Shown: positions 1 through 14,519, counted from the whole stretch's first letter. The stretch: DNA of 63,124 bases, filler included, from Octopus bimaculoides (GCF_001194135.2; 4 parts of 4 records of this genome joined end to end with filler, not necessarily neighbours in it), one strand, 5' to 3'. Numbers and translations: made by a program. The notes: a model not told the origin generated them from the letters alone.

Positions 1-32
<32 letters not shown>

Positions 33-41
33 CATGCATAC

Positions 42-720
42 ATGAGAATTTCGCCTAGCAAATTATTTTATTTGCTGAATAAAAATTCGAAATCTAGGTA
101 TGACCGTAAAATAATAACAAGCTAAAAGTTTTTATTTTTCATTCCCTTCGAAATTGCTCTTAAATGTGGTTTTGGTCGTTTTGACTGCTTCTTCTAGCGT
201 GTAAAGCTGCTTGTTAAAGGTAGCTTCTCTTGTGTTTAAATGTACACTATTTTATATTGAGAATATGTTGTCTATTGACTTTTTATACATGCTAGGCCAC
301 TGGTGGCGAAATTTCTGAAAGACTCGCTACCCTATATATTTTACGTATTTTAGCAATTTTAGGAGATTAGTTTGGCATTTATTCATTTGCTGTCGGCATA
401 GTTGCGCATTTATTCATCATTCATGAAACTGCGCTTGCGCAGTAAATTTGATAAATTATAATATATAACGATGAAACACCTGCTATTTTCTCTCTTAAGT
501 ATATGTTACTGTGATGAGAACTTCGCTTAGCAAATTATACTATTTGCTAAATAAAAATTCGGAATCTGGGTATAACCCGTAAGAAAATAACCAGGAAGAA
601 GTCTTTAGTTTTCATTCCCTTCGAAAATGCTCTTAAATGTGGTTTTGGTCGTTTTGACTGCTTCTTCTAGCGTGTAAAGATGCTTGTTAAAGGCAGCTTC
701 TATTATGTTTAAATGTACAC
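42..720. repeat. Tandem pair of a ~472-bp dispersed repeat unit (second copy partial)
   Basis: atgagaa..cgc(c/t)tagcaaatta at 42 and 514, followed by a shared block (ttcattcccttcgaaa..gctcttaaatgtggttttggtcgttttgactgcttcttctagcgtgtaaag). A third, inverted copy lies at ~23080-23340. Confidence 0.85.
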
Positions 721-1508
721 CCTGAAACTAGTCTGCAGATGCCAAACCAGCAGGGGGAAACTGCTGACCTCCCCTGTTCGAAGGTTATAAAGGACACAGG
801 TTTCGTGTGTCACATAGCTAGCTAGAGGCGATGGCTTCTTGGAGCTAAATTCACGGCAGCTTTCGTCCTAATTTTCGGACTGCCATGTTGGCTTGGCGAT
901 CACTATTAATTTCCAGTACCGCTGCCGTAGTCTCCTTTAGAGAGACTTAGAAATATTAATAACTCTATTTCTNNNNNNNNNNNNNNNNNNNNNNNNNNNN
1001 NNNNNNNNNNNNNNNNNNNNNNNNNNNNNNNNNNNNNNNNNNNNNNNNNNNNNNNNNNNNNNNNNNNNNNNNNNNNNNNNNNNNNNNNNNNNNNNNNNNN
1101 NNNNNNNNNNNNNNNNNNNNNNNNNNNNNNNNNNNNNNNNNNNNNNNNNNNNNNNNNNNNNNNNNNNNNNNNNNNNNNNNNNNNNNNNNNNNNNNNNNNN
1201 NNNNNNNNNNNNNNNNNNNNNNNNNNNNNNNNNNNNNNNNNNNNNNNNNNNNNNNNNNNNNNNNNNNNNNNNNNNNNNNNNNNNNNNNNNNNNNNNNNNN
1301 NNNNNNNNNNNNNNNNNNNNNNNNNNNNNNNNNNNNNNNNNNNNNNNNNNNNNNNNNNNNNNNNNNNNNNNNNNNNNNNNNNNNNNNNNNNNNNNNNNNN
1401 NNNNNNNNNNNNNNNNNNNNNNNNNNNNNNNNNNNNNNNNNNNNNNNNNNNNNNNNNNNNNNNNNNNNNNNNNNNNNNNNNNNNNNNNNNNNTATATATA
1501 TATATATT

Positions 1509-1558
<50 letters not shown>

Positions 1559-2244
1559 CATATATATGTGTGTGTGCACATCTGTGTATGAGTGTATGTG
1601 TGTGAAAATCTGTGTATGAGTGTGTGTGTGTGTGTTCACTCTTGATCGAATTATTTTACTGTCTTCATTAGAATATCTTCTTCAGACAGGAATACTACTT
1701 AGCATTCAATGACATTGATCTGCCTTCAATGCTTGAAATCTTCAATTTTAGATTAAGTGAGCGAAACATTATCCAAGTCGTATATAAAACAAACAGGAAA
1801 TGTATTTGTCTTATCAGATACATTTACAACATTATGCCTCTGCAAATATGACTCACTAGGGGAAACGCAACTCGATTTTTCGTCAAGTGCAAAAGTCTAT
1901 ATGCTCACTCTTGACAGTGAAATCATATCCTTTATAAACTCCACTAATCTTGATGTACTTAAATTTCTCCTTAATCAGAGGTTGAAATGTAAAATCTATT
2001 TTAATGGGTGTAATTTCGAGTATTTTTCTTTTATTTAGTCATTCAACACTTATATGTACATGAATACACACAAACACACACAGACTCACGTATGTGTGTA
2101 TGTATGTATGTATGTATGTATGTATGTACATATCCAAATATGAACGAGAAGCAGCCCGAAGGATATAAAAATTATCAAACACATATGCACAAGGTGTGTG
2201 TTTTGTCAGTTCGTGTGTTGGCTGCGATTGCAGGCGTAAGAGAA

Positions 2245-2463
2245 TATACTTTTGCACTCTAGGCACAAGGCCAGAAATTTTGTGAGAAGTGGGCAAGTCG
2301 ATTAGATTGACCCTAATACGCAACTGGTACTTGATTTATCGACCCTGAAAGGATGAAAGGCATACTCGACCTCGGCGGAATTCGAACTCGGAACGTAAAA
2401 AAAAGACGAAATTACTGCTAAGCATTTCGCCCGGCGTGCTAACGATTCTGCCAGCTCGCTGCG
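2245..2463 (-). mobile_element. tRNA-derived SINE, family A
   Basis: The reverse complement starts gcgagctggcagaatcgttagcacgccgggcgaaatgc (A-box-like TGGCAGAATCG) and has B-box gagttcgaattcc. At least 7 homologous copies occur in the window. Confidence 0.9.
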
Positions 2464-3529
2464 TTGAGGCACAAGAGAATATAGTCTCATGAATTCGCTT
2501 GATGGTAAAACATCTCAAGTCACAAACAAGGGAGATAACATGCATCAGGAACTGTTACAGAAGTGATAAACTTTGGTATGAAACGTTGAGAAATACCAGC
2601 AGATGGTTCTTACACCATTTTGCAAATAGTCATAGAAGGTCATGTAGCTTGCATCTGGCCTCGTTTCCAGCACGCGGTATTGACAATTCACAATGATGAT
2701 GAAATATTATTGTCTATCACTCCTGTGACAAAATATATACATACACAAACACACTGCACTACACACATGTACATGGGCTTGCATCTTCAACATCTAACGG
2801 TGTAGACGGACTATATCTTAATAAACTTCATATTTAACATTTTAAAAGAGCGAGGGGGTCTTATATCCATAGGTCTGCTTTGATTTATTTTTTTAAGGAG
2901 AGTGTGAGAGAAACAGAGAGAAGAGAGTGGCAAAATGAGTGGCAGTAGAAGGGAGTGTGTGTTTGTATGCATCTAATATTTTTTTTTATTTGGGTATACA
3001 ACTTGTACTATCTGTGTGACGCCCCACCGCCGCACAGAAGTTAACAACAGTATAGAAGTATGTACCACTGTATTTACTTCAGTAATTCTTTTGTGCCCAC
3101 AGAGTTTATAGAAATATGAAAGAACCACTATGATTGTTTCGACCCATCATACACCGGCACCTTGTAGGTGAGATACAGGTGAAATGCATTTTAGGTGCAT
3201 ATAAGTCTCCTAAGACGACTCTTCAAATAAGTATCTCGTTTTCTATTTGCTGTTTCGCTTATTTCTTTAACAATATATTTTGGTAATTGTAGCGTTATGC
3301 GTCACCAGAATCACCTGAGATATAATGAATAATTCTTCTCATGAAAAGCAAATTTAATATAAAATTAATTAATCAAATAAAATGTAACATCGATAATAAA
3401 GCATAGTTCTGTTTTGTTTCTTTCTCTTTCTATATTGATTGCATGTATATTTTATGTATTTATTTCTCGCCATACACATATTTCCTCACGTTGATTTTTT
3501 TTTAACGATTGACCTTGAGTTACCATGAT

Positions 3530-4660
3530 AAAGCCCACTGATTTTTACCTTCACTCTTTTAGATATGACAAGCACAGCAAATCTACAACAATTGCCAACC
3601 ACATTCACCACCTCAAAAACACAAATACCCAGTATACTTTAACATGGTCTATTCTGAACTCAGGAATTCCATACCAAGGCCAGGGCTCTAATTGCAAGTT
3701 TTGCTTGAAGGAGGCATTCCATATTTTAAAATACAATTCTCCCACACTACTTAATAGGTATAACGAAGCACTTAGCACCTGTAATCACCGTTTCTTCCAT
3801 ACATTCAAATTCTATCACAGACATAAATGCACAAATGACCACACAACGTACTCCCACAATTCCCCATAGGTAACCCCAACCATCTCGAGTTAGCTATTAG
3901 GTTCCCCTTCTACCATCTTTAAAATAATTTTCAGCTCTATTAACACTACTACCTTTCTATCTTATTATACTTTTTTTTTTCTATTACAATTCATCGAATC
4001 ACACCAACACCATCACCCCCTACCGGTTCCTTCCTATCCTGACACTGTACACAATTATAACTACCTCCCTTTTACTTCTTCAATTTACCTCTTCACACTC
4101 CTTTTCTCCACATATCCATTTCTTTACAAAACTTATACTTCCACCCCCATCTTCTTCCTTATGTTCTCTTTCCTTCTTCTTTCCCTCCTGTCAGTATAAC
4201 TGACCTCTCAATCTCTTACAGATCTTCTATTCATCTATTTATAGCCTACTGCTGATACTAGTACCTCCATTTCTCCCTTAAATTATTTCCTCCTCCTTCC
4301 TTCCTTCCTGTCTTAAGGCTTGACTTCTTAATCCTACACACATCTTCCACTCACTTCGGACTGTCCTTTAAGTACACAACGCAAAGAGTAAACTGGATAC
4401 GCTATGATATATATCCGCCATTGCAACTATAATTATCACTGGAAAATACCCACACGGATTCTATACATGTTGGAATGGAACTATATTCCAAGTACTTTTT
4501 CTTCTTTCTTTTTTCTTCTACGGATCGCTCTCATTTCTTACTGCAAATCTCCTCATAGATGTAATAATCCATTCTTCTACTATTACTGTCTCCGATAAAC
4601 GGATACATTGAATTTTTCCTGAAACAGCTGTAAGATATTCTACATAAAATATAAATTTAC
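3530..4660 (+). mobile_element. 5'-truncated Penelope-like element: GIY-YIG endonuclease C-terminus plus 3' pseudo-LTR
   Basis: HSFRYDKHSKSTTIANHIHHLK..YTLTWSIL..CKFCLKEAFHILK..LLNRYNEALSTCNHR matches the PLE endonuclease C-terminal pattern. It is followed by a pyrimidine-rich tail ending in a hammerhead-like motif. Confidence 0.85.
4587..4637 (+). ncRNA. Degenerate minimal type-I hammerhead motif (CAGCUG stem-III family)
   Basis: UGUCU-CCGAUAA-..-GAAA-CAGCUG-UA-AGAUA. Stem I pairs (UGUCU/AGAUA), but the core CUGAUGA is mutated to CCGAUAA and stem II is poor. Confidence 0.55.
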
Positions 4661-5700
4661 TTATGCTATTGGTCTCTTTATCTCATTCTTTTATNNNNNN
4701 NNNNNNNNNNNNNNNNNNNNNNNNNNNNNNNNNNNNNNNNNNNNNNNNNNNNNNNNNNNNNNNNNNNNNNNNNNNNNNNNNNNNNNNNNNNNNNNNNNNN
4801 NNNNNNNNNNNNNNNNNNNNNNNNNNNNNNNNNNNNNNNNNNNNNNNNNNNNNNNNNNNNNNNNNNNNNNNNNNNNNNNNNNNNNNNNNNNNNNNNNNNN
4901 NNNNNNNNNNNNNNNNNNNNNNNNNNNNNNNNNNNNNNNNNNNNNNNNNNNNNNNNNNNNNNNNNNNNNNNNNNNNNNNNNNNNNNNNNNNNNNNNNNNN
5001 NNNNNNNNNNNNNNNNNNNNNNNNNNNNNNNNNNNNNNNNNNNNNNNNNNNNNNNNNNNNNNNNNNNNNNNNNNNNNNNNNNNNNNNNNNNNNNNNNNNN
5101 NNNNNNNNNNNNNNNNNNNNNNNNNNNNNNNNNNNNNNNNNNNNNNNNNNNNNNNNNNNNNNNNNNNNNNNNNNNNNNNNNNNNNNNNNNNNNNNNNNNN
5201 NNNNNNNNNNNNNNNNNNNNNNNNNNNNNNNNNNNNNNNNNNNNNNNNNNNNNNNNNNNNNNNNNNNNNNNNNNNNNNNNNNNNNNNNNNNNNNNNNNNN
5301 NNNNNNNNNNNNNNNNNNNNNNNNNNNNNNNNNNNNNNNNNNNNNNNNNNNNNNNNNNNNNNNNNNNNNNNNNNNNNNNNNNNNNNNNNNNNNNNNNNNN
5401 NNNNNNNNNNNNNNNNNNNNNNNNNNNNNNNNNNNNNNNNNNNNNNNNNNNNNNNNNNNNNNNNNNNNNNNNNNNNNNNNNNNNNNNNNNNNNNNNNNNN
5501 NNNNNNNNNNNNNNNNNNNNNNNNNNNNNNNNNNNNNNNNNNNNNNNNNNNNNNNNNNNNNNNNNNNNNNNNNNNNNNNNNNNNNNNNNNNNNNNNNNNN
5601 NNNNNNNNNNNNNNNNNNNNNNNNNNNNNNNNNNNNNNNNNNNNNNNNNNNNNNNNTATATATATATATATATATATATATTATCATATATAATTATGCA

Positions 5701-6985
5701 TAAGGGCAAAAGAAAAAAAAAAGAAAAACTATGCCCATTTGCTGAAAAATAGCCCTAGATCGTCAAACCACATACAATATTTTTTTTCACTACAAGTACA
5801 CAGCCTGCTGAAGAGAGGAAAGCACGCTAAAAGAAATTTTAAAAATTCGTTATTCCCGAATCGGACCGATTTCTGGATTAATCCACAAGGAATCTTGCTT
5901 CAATGAGAAACATGATTAGAATAAATGCAAGTCTTACATATACCCACGGAAAAAGCAGATGCAATGCTATGTGTTCATTTAAGTGCCCCAAATATATCGA
6001 AACAAAAATTCTGTACCAAGCCTCAGCACACGAGTTGACAGTCTGGAAAATTGACGGAAAGTGGTTACCAGTCCCGCAGTTAGTGTCAATAAATTTACTC
6101 CTAATTCAAGGATAAAATGTTTCAATAAAAATTTTTCAGTTGGTAGCATGTTAAAATACCTTTCAAGTTGAAAATTATAAACAATTATAAATAAGGGGAA
6201 AATAAAAGAAAAATCTATGCCAATATGCTGAAAAGTAGACCTTAGATCGTCTAACCACATACGATATTTTTCACTATAAATATACAGCGGGCTGAAACGA
6301 GGGAAGCCAGCAAATAAAATTTTTTTAAATTTGTTTTTCCCGAATCGGACCGATTTCTGGATTAATCCACTAGAATTCTTCCTTCTGCAACGAGAAAGAC
6401 AATTAGAATAAATGGAATACTTACATATACCCACGGAAAAATTAGACAATGTCATGTGTACGTTTAAGTGCCTCAAATATGTGTAAGAAATTCTGAAGCA
6501 AGCCTCAACATACGTGTTGACGGTCAGGAAACTCATGTAAAGTGGTTACCAGTCCCGAAGTAAAAGGATAAATTTTTTCAAAAGCATGTTATCAGTGGTC
6601 AGCATAATAAATTCTATCAAGGTGAAAATTATAAACAATTATAAATAAGGGTAAAAGAAAAAAAATTCTATGCCAATATGATGAAAAATAGACCTTAGAT
6701 TGTATAAGCACATACAAAATTTTTCACTGTAAATACACAGTGTGCTGAAACAAGTAAAGCAAGCTAACAGAAGTTTTTAAAATTAGTTAATATACTAGCC
6801 AGTAATAAATTTTTTCTGAAACTTTTTATCTTTATATTAGTAGTAAACTTATTATCATTCACTTCTGGACTAGTAACCACTTTATGTGTGTATTCCAGAC
6901 CGTCAACACGTGTGCCGAGGCTTGCTACAGAATTTCTGTTTCGATATATTTGGGGTACTTAAATGTACACATGACTTTGCATCTA
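5701..6985. repeat. Tandem array of a ~450-490-bp unit (2.3 copies) plus an inverted partial copy
   Basis: Units start with taaggg at 5701, 6192 and 6646 and share ttcccgaatcggaccgatttctggattaatccac and aagtggttaccagtcccg. 6860-6985 is the reverse complement of ~5958-6080. Confidence 0.85.
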
Positions 6986-7014
6986 CAGAAATAACGTTTT
7001 ATAAAATTTTCTAA

Positions 7015-7057
<43 letters not shown>

Positions 7058-10000
7058 TATATATGTATGTATGTATCAGTGAATACCATTGATGTTAGTT
7101 CTTTTTACTTGAATTGAAAACAAGTTTCAGCATGTTCAATCTCGTACTTGAGCAGAAGTTTCTTTCGGTACAGCATAGGTACGTGTGCGTTTGTGTATCT
7201 GTGTATGTGTGTAAACGTGTATGTATGCACGTAAATGAATTATTTGTTACAGTTGATCGAAGTATTGAAAAAAATCAACAAACAAATTACTGCTTGCCGG
7301 ACTGTATATAATTAGTAGATGCAATCCTATTGACCATCTTGGATTCACTGAGACTTTTACAGAGTTTAATAGGTTGCTATAGGTAACAATCGAAATTCCA
7401 GCCAATCTAGCCATTCACTCATCCATCCTTCTAATCATCCACCCACCCATCCACCCATCCATATATGCATACATGCACGCACGCACGAACACACACACAC
7501 ATACAGTACATGTCTATAAAAACCAATGTAATGGGAATATATGAACTAATTTGCGTAGTGCAATAGTTTTAACACTTTTGAACGCTGTTGAAAGTGGATT
7601 CCTAAATTCACATATAGTCTGTTTAGGGTATATATCTTAGCAATGCTCTCTAAAGATGCGTAGGTATGATATCCACACTAAACCCACTTATTGAAGCAGC
7701 GTGTGTATGTTGTGGATGTTGAAAATTATATTCGTAGGTTACTTTTCGGTACAGCTGTTTCATGGCTCATTGAAGCTCTCATAAATATTTCCGACTTATG
7801 TTTCGTTTATAACTTCGAGAGAGATTTTGCGTGTGATAAATCTTGGCACTGCGTATCATATATTGCATGTTTTCTCATTTTTGCTTATCTAGTTAACATG
7901 TATATTTTAACAAACCTCCCACGATTTACTTTACAGTAATTTGTATAAAGGTTAAGTTTTACAGATAATCTATCTAATAAATCAAACATGATTTTGATAT
8001 TCAAAGGTTTATATAATCCTTTTTTTTTTAAATCTGTTAGCCATTTCGCTAATGGTTTGGAATTCTACACATGTTAAACAATCAAACTTACTGTTGTCGC
8101 ACCACCTAATACCTCCTTTACCATTATCGCTGAATAATTTATTCCACATGCAATGTGAAAGGGTTGTTCTATTTGCATACATTTTAAGCCTAATTTCAGC
8201 TCTTTCCTTGTCTCTTTTTATACATCCTGATCATATTCATTAGTGTGTAACCAGATCACAGCATTTAAATGTAAGTCACTGGCGTTGATCAAATTAACAT
8301 ATTTGTGACACATTCCGCATCATTCTGACGAAGTATGACAGTAGGATGTTCACTGTGTAATCGATTACAAGCGCTGACAATGCACAATCCAATATTCCAT
8401 TGAATTTTGTTTTCTATTAATTGCTTGCTGTCAGTACATGTATCTTCCTATTAGGGTATCAAGAATAGTAGAAAATAGTGGCTTTTATGCAAATGTTGAC
8501 GAAATAGTACACAAAGAGTAGTTTATATTTTCTGGCTTTCAGTGAGAGCAGTTGTTAATAATGTCGTTCAGATATCATGAATACAGAGTTATAACAATTT
8601 TAAGTAGCTACTTTTGATTTCGAAAGACTCAGATTTACTGTAGTGAATTTTACCTCGATACTACAGACTTTCATGTGTTTGAAAGTTTGTTGCTACGTTT
8701 AAATGTTTTTTTTTTTATGTGGCTATAAGTCTGGTGTTCACAACGTATATTCTTGGTCTTGATATATCTATTATTTATTTATGAATCTAGTCTAGTCTAT
8801 CAAGCCAAATTAAGTTGCATCACATTATGTAAAAGAATATTTGTTTTCAGTTTTCAATCAATACGCTTATGAAATACGTCACCTACACTTGAAAATCAGT
8901 TCTCCATGATGGTGGTAGTTCCAGTCCCTTGAACAAGTTTGGTCATATAATGATGAAGGATTTGCTGCACGACACCAACTTTTACCAAAGGCAACTGAAT
9001 CACGACTCACCTGGAAACAACTAACAAGAACTATACAGGTGTCCAGCCAAAGATAAATCTACCACATTACTGATTCTTAGCAGTCACTCTGTAGTTACCC
9101 CTTAGGTTTCTGTTTGGACAATTATGGTCGGACTCCCATACACTAATTTATATTTATCTATCAAAGTTAATACGACTGACAAAATCTGATTCTCAAGTTT
9201 GTGTATGTTTGCATAGTTGTGTGTGTATGTTGAGTGTACGTGTGTACATGTGTGGGTGGCCGTGCGTATGAAAGAGTATAAGAGATATATATTCATATAT
9301 TTTCCTAGATATATCCATGGGAGGTATGTGTGTCTGTGTCTTATTTGTGTGATTTAATTTTAATTGAAAATATCTTAGTACTTTCACTCTGAAGTCATCA
9401 CGCCGATAAAATTGTATGGACGTCATATATTTCTTGAGGACAAAAGCGACAATAGTTAATTGAGAGCTGAATAAATGTGGACATATATGCACACACACTT
9501 TGCGTTGGTAGTCTTTAGACCTCATCCTTTTTTTATTTTTCACTTATTCAATCTCTTGATACCTATACACAGACCACTGTATACGCAGACACATAAATGA
9601 GTGCGCTTATCATTGTAAATACACAGGAATATAGGTTATTGTATGAATGTATGTGAGTGTGTAGTTATATACGTGTGTGTATGCATGTGCGTGTGTATGT
9701 ATGTGTGTGTAAGTGTTCTTGTGTTTCAGACTGATTGTAACAAGGTAAATAGGTAATTTAACGAAGCTAGCAATGAGAATTAAACAAAGATAGCTTTGAA
9801 ATGAAACATATTAGAATCAGCTGGATTCAACGAATTTTTATTATGCTTCGAAAATAATCGAACTATCATGTAATATTATCTGCAGAACAAAATTTCAATA
9901 GTCTCTAAACAATTTTGAATGAACCACTAAGATTTGATATACGTGTCACGAGATAACATAGATTCCATTTCGAGACAGAAAAGAGGAGTTGCCCTCTTGC

Positions 10001-10309
10001 TCTTTCCGGTCTGAAATTGCTGCATAATATGTCGAACAATATATGTTCATGTAAATATATGAACTAGAGAAGGGGGGAAATTCATTGGGTACATTTGTGA
10101 AAGAGAATCAGAATTCACGCAAGAAGACAGGAAAAAACCCATAGTCTATAACCTTTGTTTAAAGTCACTCTATGTTTCTTTGTTAACAGCAGACATTTCT
10201 TTGTGCCTTCTGATATTTAACTGGTAATGGAATCTCTACTTTCGTTTTATTATGTAAGTTAATAAAGTGAAATGGTTGTACCCATGACCTTTCCTCCTCG
10301 TCCCATTTA

Positions 10310-10790
10310 TCTGGCTAAGTTAATGCCGTTGACATTCGACATATATATATATATAGTTCAATGTTTCCTTGTAAATTCGTAGGTGGTAGGGAATTCCAGA
10401 CATTTGTGCATTTTGGTAGAAAATACAGAACCAAACATTCCCAGCGGGCTATAATAAATATCATACGAGGGAAAATGACTCGGAATAACCCGGTCAGAAT
10501 ATATATATGTATATAGAAATTTGCTATCATAGAGGAAGCAAATAGTAACACGGGGTGTTGAGTTCATTTAAGTTTATTTTATGTAATCTCAACATTTTTG
10601 TCACTGCACCCTGATCCTTGACAGCTCAACAGCAACTCTAGTATGGAACTATGTTCTGCAACGATAATTTGATACCTCATTAAATAAATGTAACTTTTAA
10701 ATGAATTCATCAACTCTGTGGGTTCTTGAAAGGCCCTTCCGTCATTAAGCTTACTCAGATTCAACACATTGTCTCGGATCAAGTGACTTT
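10310..10790 (-). mobile_element. Decayed 3' end of a CR1/L2-like LINE ORF2
   Basis: The minus-strand peptide YFLPKCTNVWNSLP (10389-10425) resembles the FF..RV.N.WNSLP motif that ends CR1/L2-group ORF2. Upstream frames are broken. Confidence 0.6.
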
Positions 10791-12249
10791 CAAGACAAGT
10801 ACAACTCCAAACAACAGACCTGCCTCTTTTTATTACTACGTCATTTTATTACGACACCGCAAAACGTCTATCTTTCTGCTGTAGCTTGATGAGTGTAAAG
10901 AAGATTAATTGATCTTCATGATTTCTCTAACACAAATGTTCAAATTGGGAATACTTAATTTTCAATTTGAAATGAGTTTAACTCTTTTCGAAAAACTATG
11001 AAATAATAATTGTTCAGTTTATTCGCAGACATATATAATTATTACAGACATATATATCAAATAATATTGAGTTAAAATGCAGGATATATCATGTTGCGAA
11101 ATTTAAAATTCTTTCAGTGATTTTAGAGGAAAATGAATTTAAATTGTATTGTATTGCAACAGCATACCATCGTACAAATATAGTGCTTTAATTAAATATT
11201 GAACCATAACATCAATTTCAAAAGTTTACTGATACTTCAACTGAATGTAAACATTGTTGATATTTAAATCGACGAAATCTGGGTGCGGTAATTTACCCTC
11301 TATGTTACAAATCGTAAGTCCAAACTCACAATAGCTATTGTATATGTTTTTCAAAAGTACACTTTAATTATTAAATTACATTGCGCAAGTCGGCAAAAGA
11401 GACATAGGAATATTATCCGCAGTAGTAGGAAGCTCTGCTCAGAGGTAGGAAATTCAACACCATTCCACTCGATACAATGTATAGCGGAATTCTCTACTGC
11501 TTTGAAAGCAATTTTTAGTAAATTTTTAACTACTGTTCATACTGTGTTTACAATAATAGTTCAGTATTTAAACCATTTGGTGGTATAAACTTCTGTAGTT
11601 AAAACTAAATATCAATATTATATGTAAATAGTCTTTACCAACTTCATACAAACGTTACATTTTGAGTGAAGAAAAGAAATCAATATTAAAAACATGTCGG
11701 TTATTGCAACTTTTCCGGTTATTGACATTATAACTGGAAGAATGTCTAAATAAACCTGGAACATATTCAATATATCATAACAGTTATGATGTATTGGGAG
11801 AGTGCCACTACAGTGCCTGTTAAGTTTATATTGGATGTTAAAAAATAAATTATATATTTGAATCGAAATGAACTTTTCAGCAGATGATCACGTTGAAAGA
11901 AAATAAACTGTGAAAATGTGTGGAAACCATGCCAAAAAGTGTTATTATATAATACTTTTTTAATAACCATTACTAAATCAACAACTTTCTGACTACATTC
12001 ATAATTTATGCTCCAATAATTCATTTATAGTGACATAGTGTTTACTTTTAAAATGGTGGAATATCGTAAATGGTATCCTGCCAGACTGAATATTTTCAGA
12101 TATTTAGTTTTGTCTCTGCATTCTGGTATGAAATATCATTGGGGTTAATTTTTCCTTTCACCTCTTGATTTAACACTAAGAAAAATTCCAATACTCGACA
12201 AGAGACCTGTACATAACAGTATATGTACACATGTGTGTGTGTGTGTGTG

Positions 12250-12440
12250 GTTGACTTTCTGTTTGAGTCTATCCCATCACATTAAAGCTTAATCAGCAGT
12301 GTTGGTTTGTTTACGTCCTCGTAATACAGTGGTTCAGCAAAAGAGACCGACAGAAAAAGAAGAGACTTTAAAATTTCTTCGACTAAACCCTGAAAGCAGT
12401 GCCCGAGCATGGTCACAATCCAAAGTAAAGAATGAAAGAT
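12250..12440 (+). mobile_element. SINE family B, diverged 3' half
   Basis: gtttacgtcc.cgtaa..gtggttc.gcaaaagagaccga after a (TG)n tract; homologous to 13935-14140. Confidence 0.7.
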
Positions 12441-13087
12441 AACTAAGAACTCGGTTAAAACGAAACATTTTAATAATATTCCGTGTTATTTAAAGACATG
12501 AGTTTAAATCAGAATCAAACAGAGACACGCGCGTTAAGCTGTGAAGGGGATGCAGGGACATGAATAACGCTCCGTTTAATATAAATGCGTCCGTTTAGTT
12601 AAAAATGAAGAGATGTGAAATGTTCAGCTTTGGTGGATGTAAAAAGATTCTTGATACTCCGAGTAATTTAAGGACAGTTGGTAAACGCCTCACGACATAA
12701 ACGCATAAGTTATGCTCCGGTAGACGATAATACTACGAAGAGAGCAATTAGAAAACCATTTCAATTCAAATTTGAATAATTTCAACTGATTGTTGCAACT
12801 AATGTACTTAGAAAACCATTTTTCGTAAATGCTCTACTTCACTTTTGTAAATACGAAACGGTGTTGTTAGGTAAGAAGTAATTGACTTATATAGCGTTCC
12901 TGTATCAACAAATCTTTGGGTTATAAAAAGAAGTTTTTTTCTAAAGAATCTTCTTTATAGATATCAATCAACATTCTAGCATTGCAGCAGCTGAGAATTC
13001 AAACCCCGACACACTTATCGTAAAAAATATGATGTCCAAATTTTTTTGCTTTTGAACAATTGAGTGTATATACATACACTACTTTGT

Positions 13088-13126
<39 letters not shown>

Positions 13127-13350
13127 NNNNNNNNNNNNNNNNNNNNNNNNNNNNNNNNNNNNNNNNNNNNNNNNNNNNNNNNNNNNNNNNNNNNNNNNNN
13201 NNNNNNNNNNNNNNNNNNNNNNNNNNNNNNNNNNNNNNNNNNNNNNNNNNNNNNNNNNNNNNNNNNNNNNNNNNNNNNNNNNNNNNNNNNNNNNNNNNNN
13301 NNNNNNNNNNNNNNNNNNNNNNNNNNNNNNNNNNNNNNNNTATATATATA

Positions 13351-13395
<45 letters not shown>

Positions 13396-13849
13396 TTGCA
13401 TATACACTTGTACATATACACATACATACATACAAACATGCACACGACCCCCCCCCACACACACACACACATATCCATGCACATATATATGTATATAATG
13501 ATTAAGCATAGATTCATTTCATATTCATATATATATGTATTCAGTGAATTGATGGAATTCCATTTCCCTAAATTGAATCACTGAATGAATATGCTATTCT
13601 CACAACAGAGTGACTGTGCGGGAGCGGATTAAGAGAGAAACATCATTCCTCGACGCACACTCCGTGGTGATGGGCTTCCGTCGTACAATTCGCCACCATT
13701 CTACCACCTCACCTCATGCTACTATCTTCTTTGATACCGACGTCAAACGTATTTGTATACTTCTCCCAACTTTTTTCACATTTCAAATTTCAAATTCAAA
13801 TATTCATATATTGAGAATAGGCCTATCTTTTGTTCCCACATTTGTGCTG

Positions 13850-13884
<35 letters not shown>

Positions 13885-13934
13885 TATATATATGTATATA
13901 TACATATATACATATATGTGTGTGTGTGTGTGTG

Positions 13935-14140
13935 TGTTTGATTGTCTGTGTTTGTCCCCCAACCATCGCTTGACAACCGATTCTGGGGTGTTTACGTCCC
14001 CGTAACTTAGTGGTTCGGTAAAAGAGACCGATATAATAAGTATCAGGCTTACAAAGAATAAGGTCTGGGGGTGAATTTGTTCGACTAAAAGCGGTGCTCC
14101 AGAACAGCGCAGGCAAATGCCTGAAACGAATAAAAGAATA
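13935..14140 (+). mobile_element. SINE family B, 3' half
   Basis: tgtgtttgtcccccaaccatcgcttgacaaccga..gtttacgtccccgtaacttagtggttcgg..; the reverse complement matches 22590-22800 and 40490-40690. Confidence 0.85.
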
Positions 14141-14519
14141 TATATATTATATATCTGTATTAATGTATATATGGATGCAGCTATGTTAGTGCGTATAGGA
14201 ACTGTGTCTACAGAAATTTTTAGTCATATGCTTCCATATATTTGGGTACATATAAACAATTGCATGCATATATGTCTGCTTGTGTGATATACATAGGCAC
14301 AGGTTGTCTCTTCGGTTATGGAGCTGACTTTGCATGGTTTTGCGCTCGGTAACACTCCGCGACAAATTGATCATGTGTTTTCTGCTGTAAACATATACTA
14401 CGCTGTGGCTTTTGAGTGAATCTTGTAGACAAAACTATTAGAAATAATAAGTTTTAATAAATAAAGTTATGCGAAACGGCCGAAGAGACATGTAAATAAT
14501 TAAAAAGAGAATAGATCGT

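Noticed and set aside
860-900. HDV-like fold at ggcagctttcgtcc..ggactgcc
   Set aside because: Only nested hairpins; no P2 partner or J4/2 motif.
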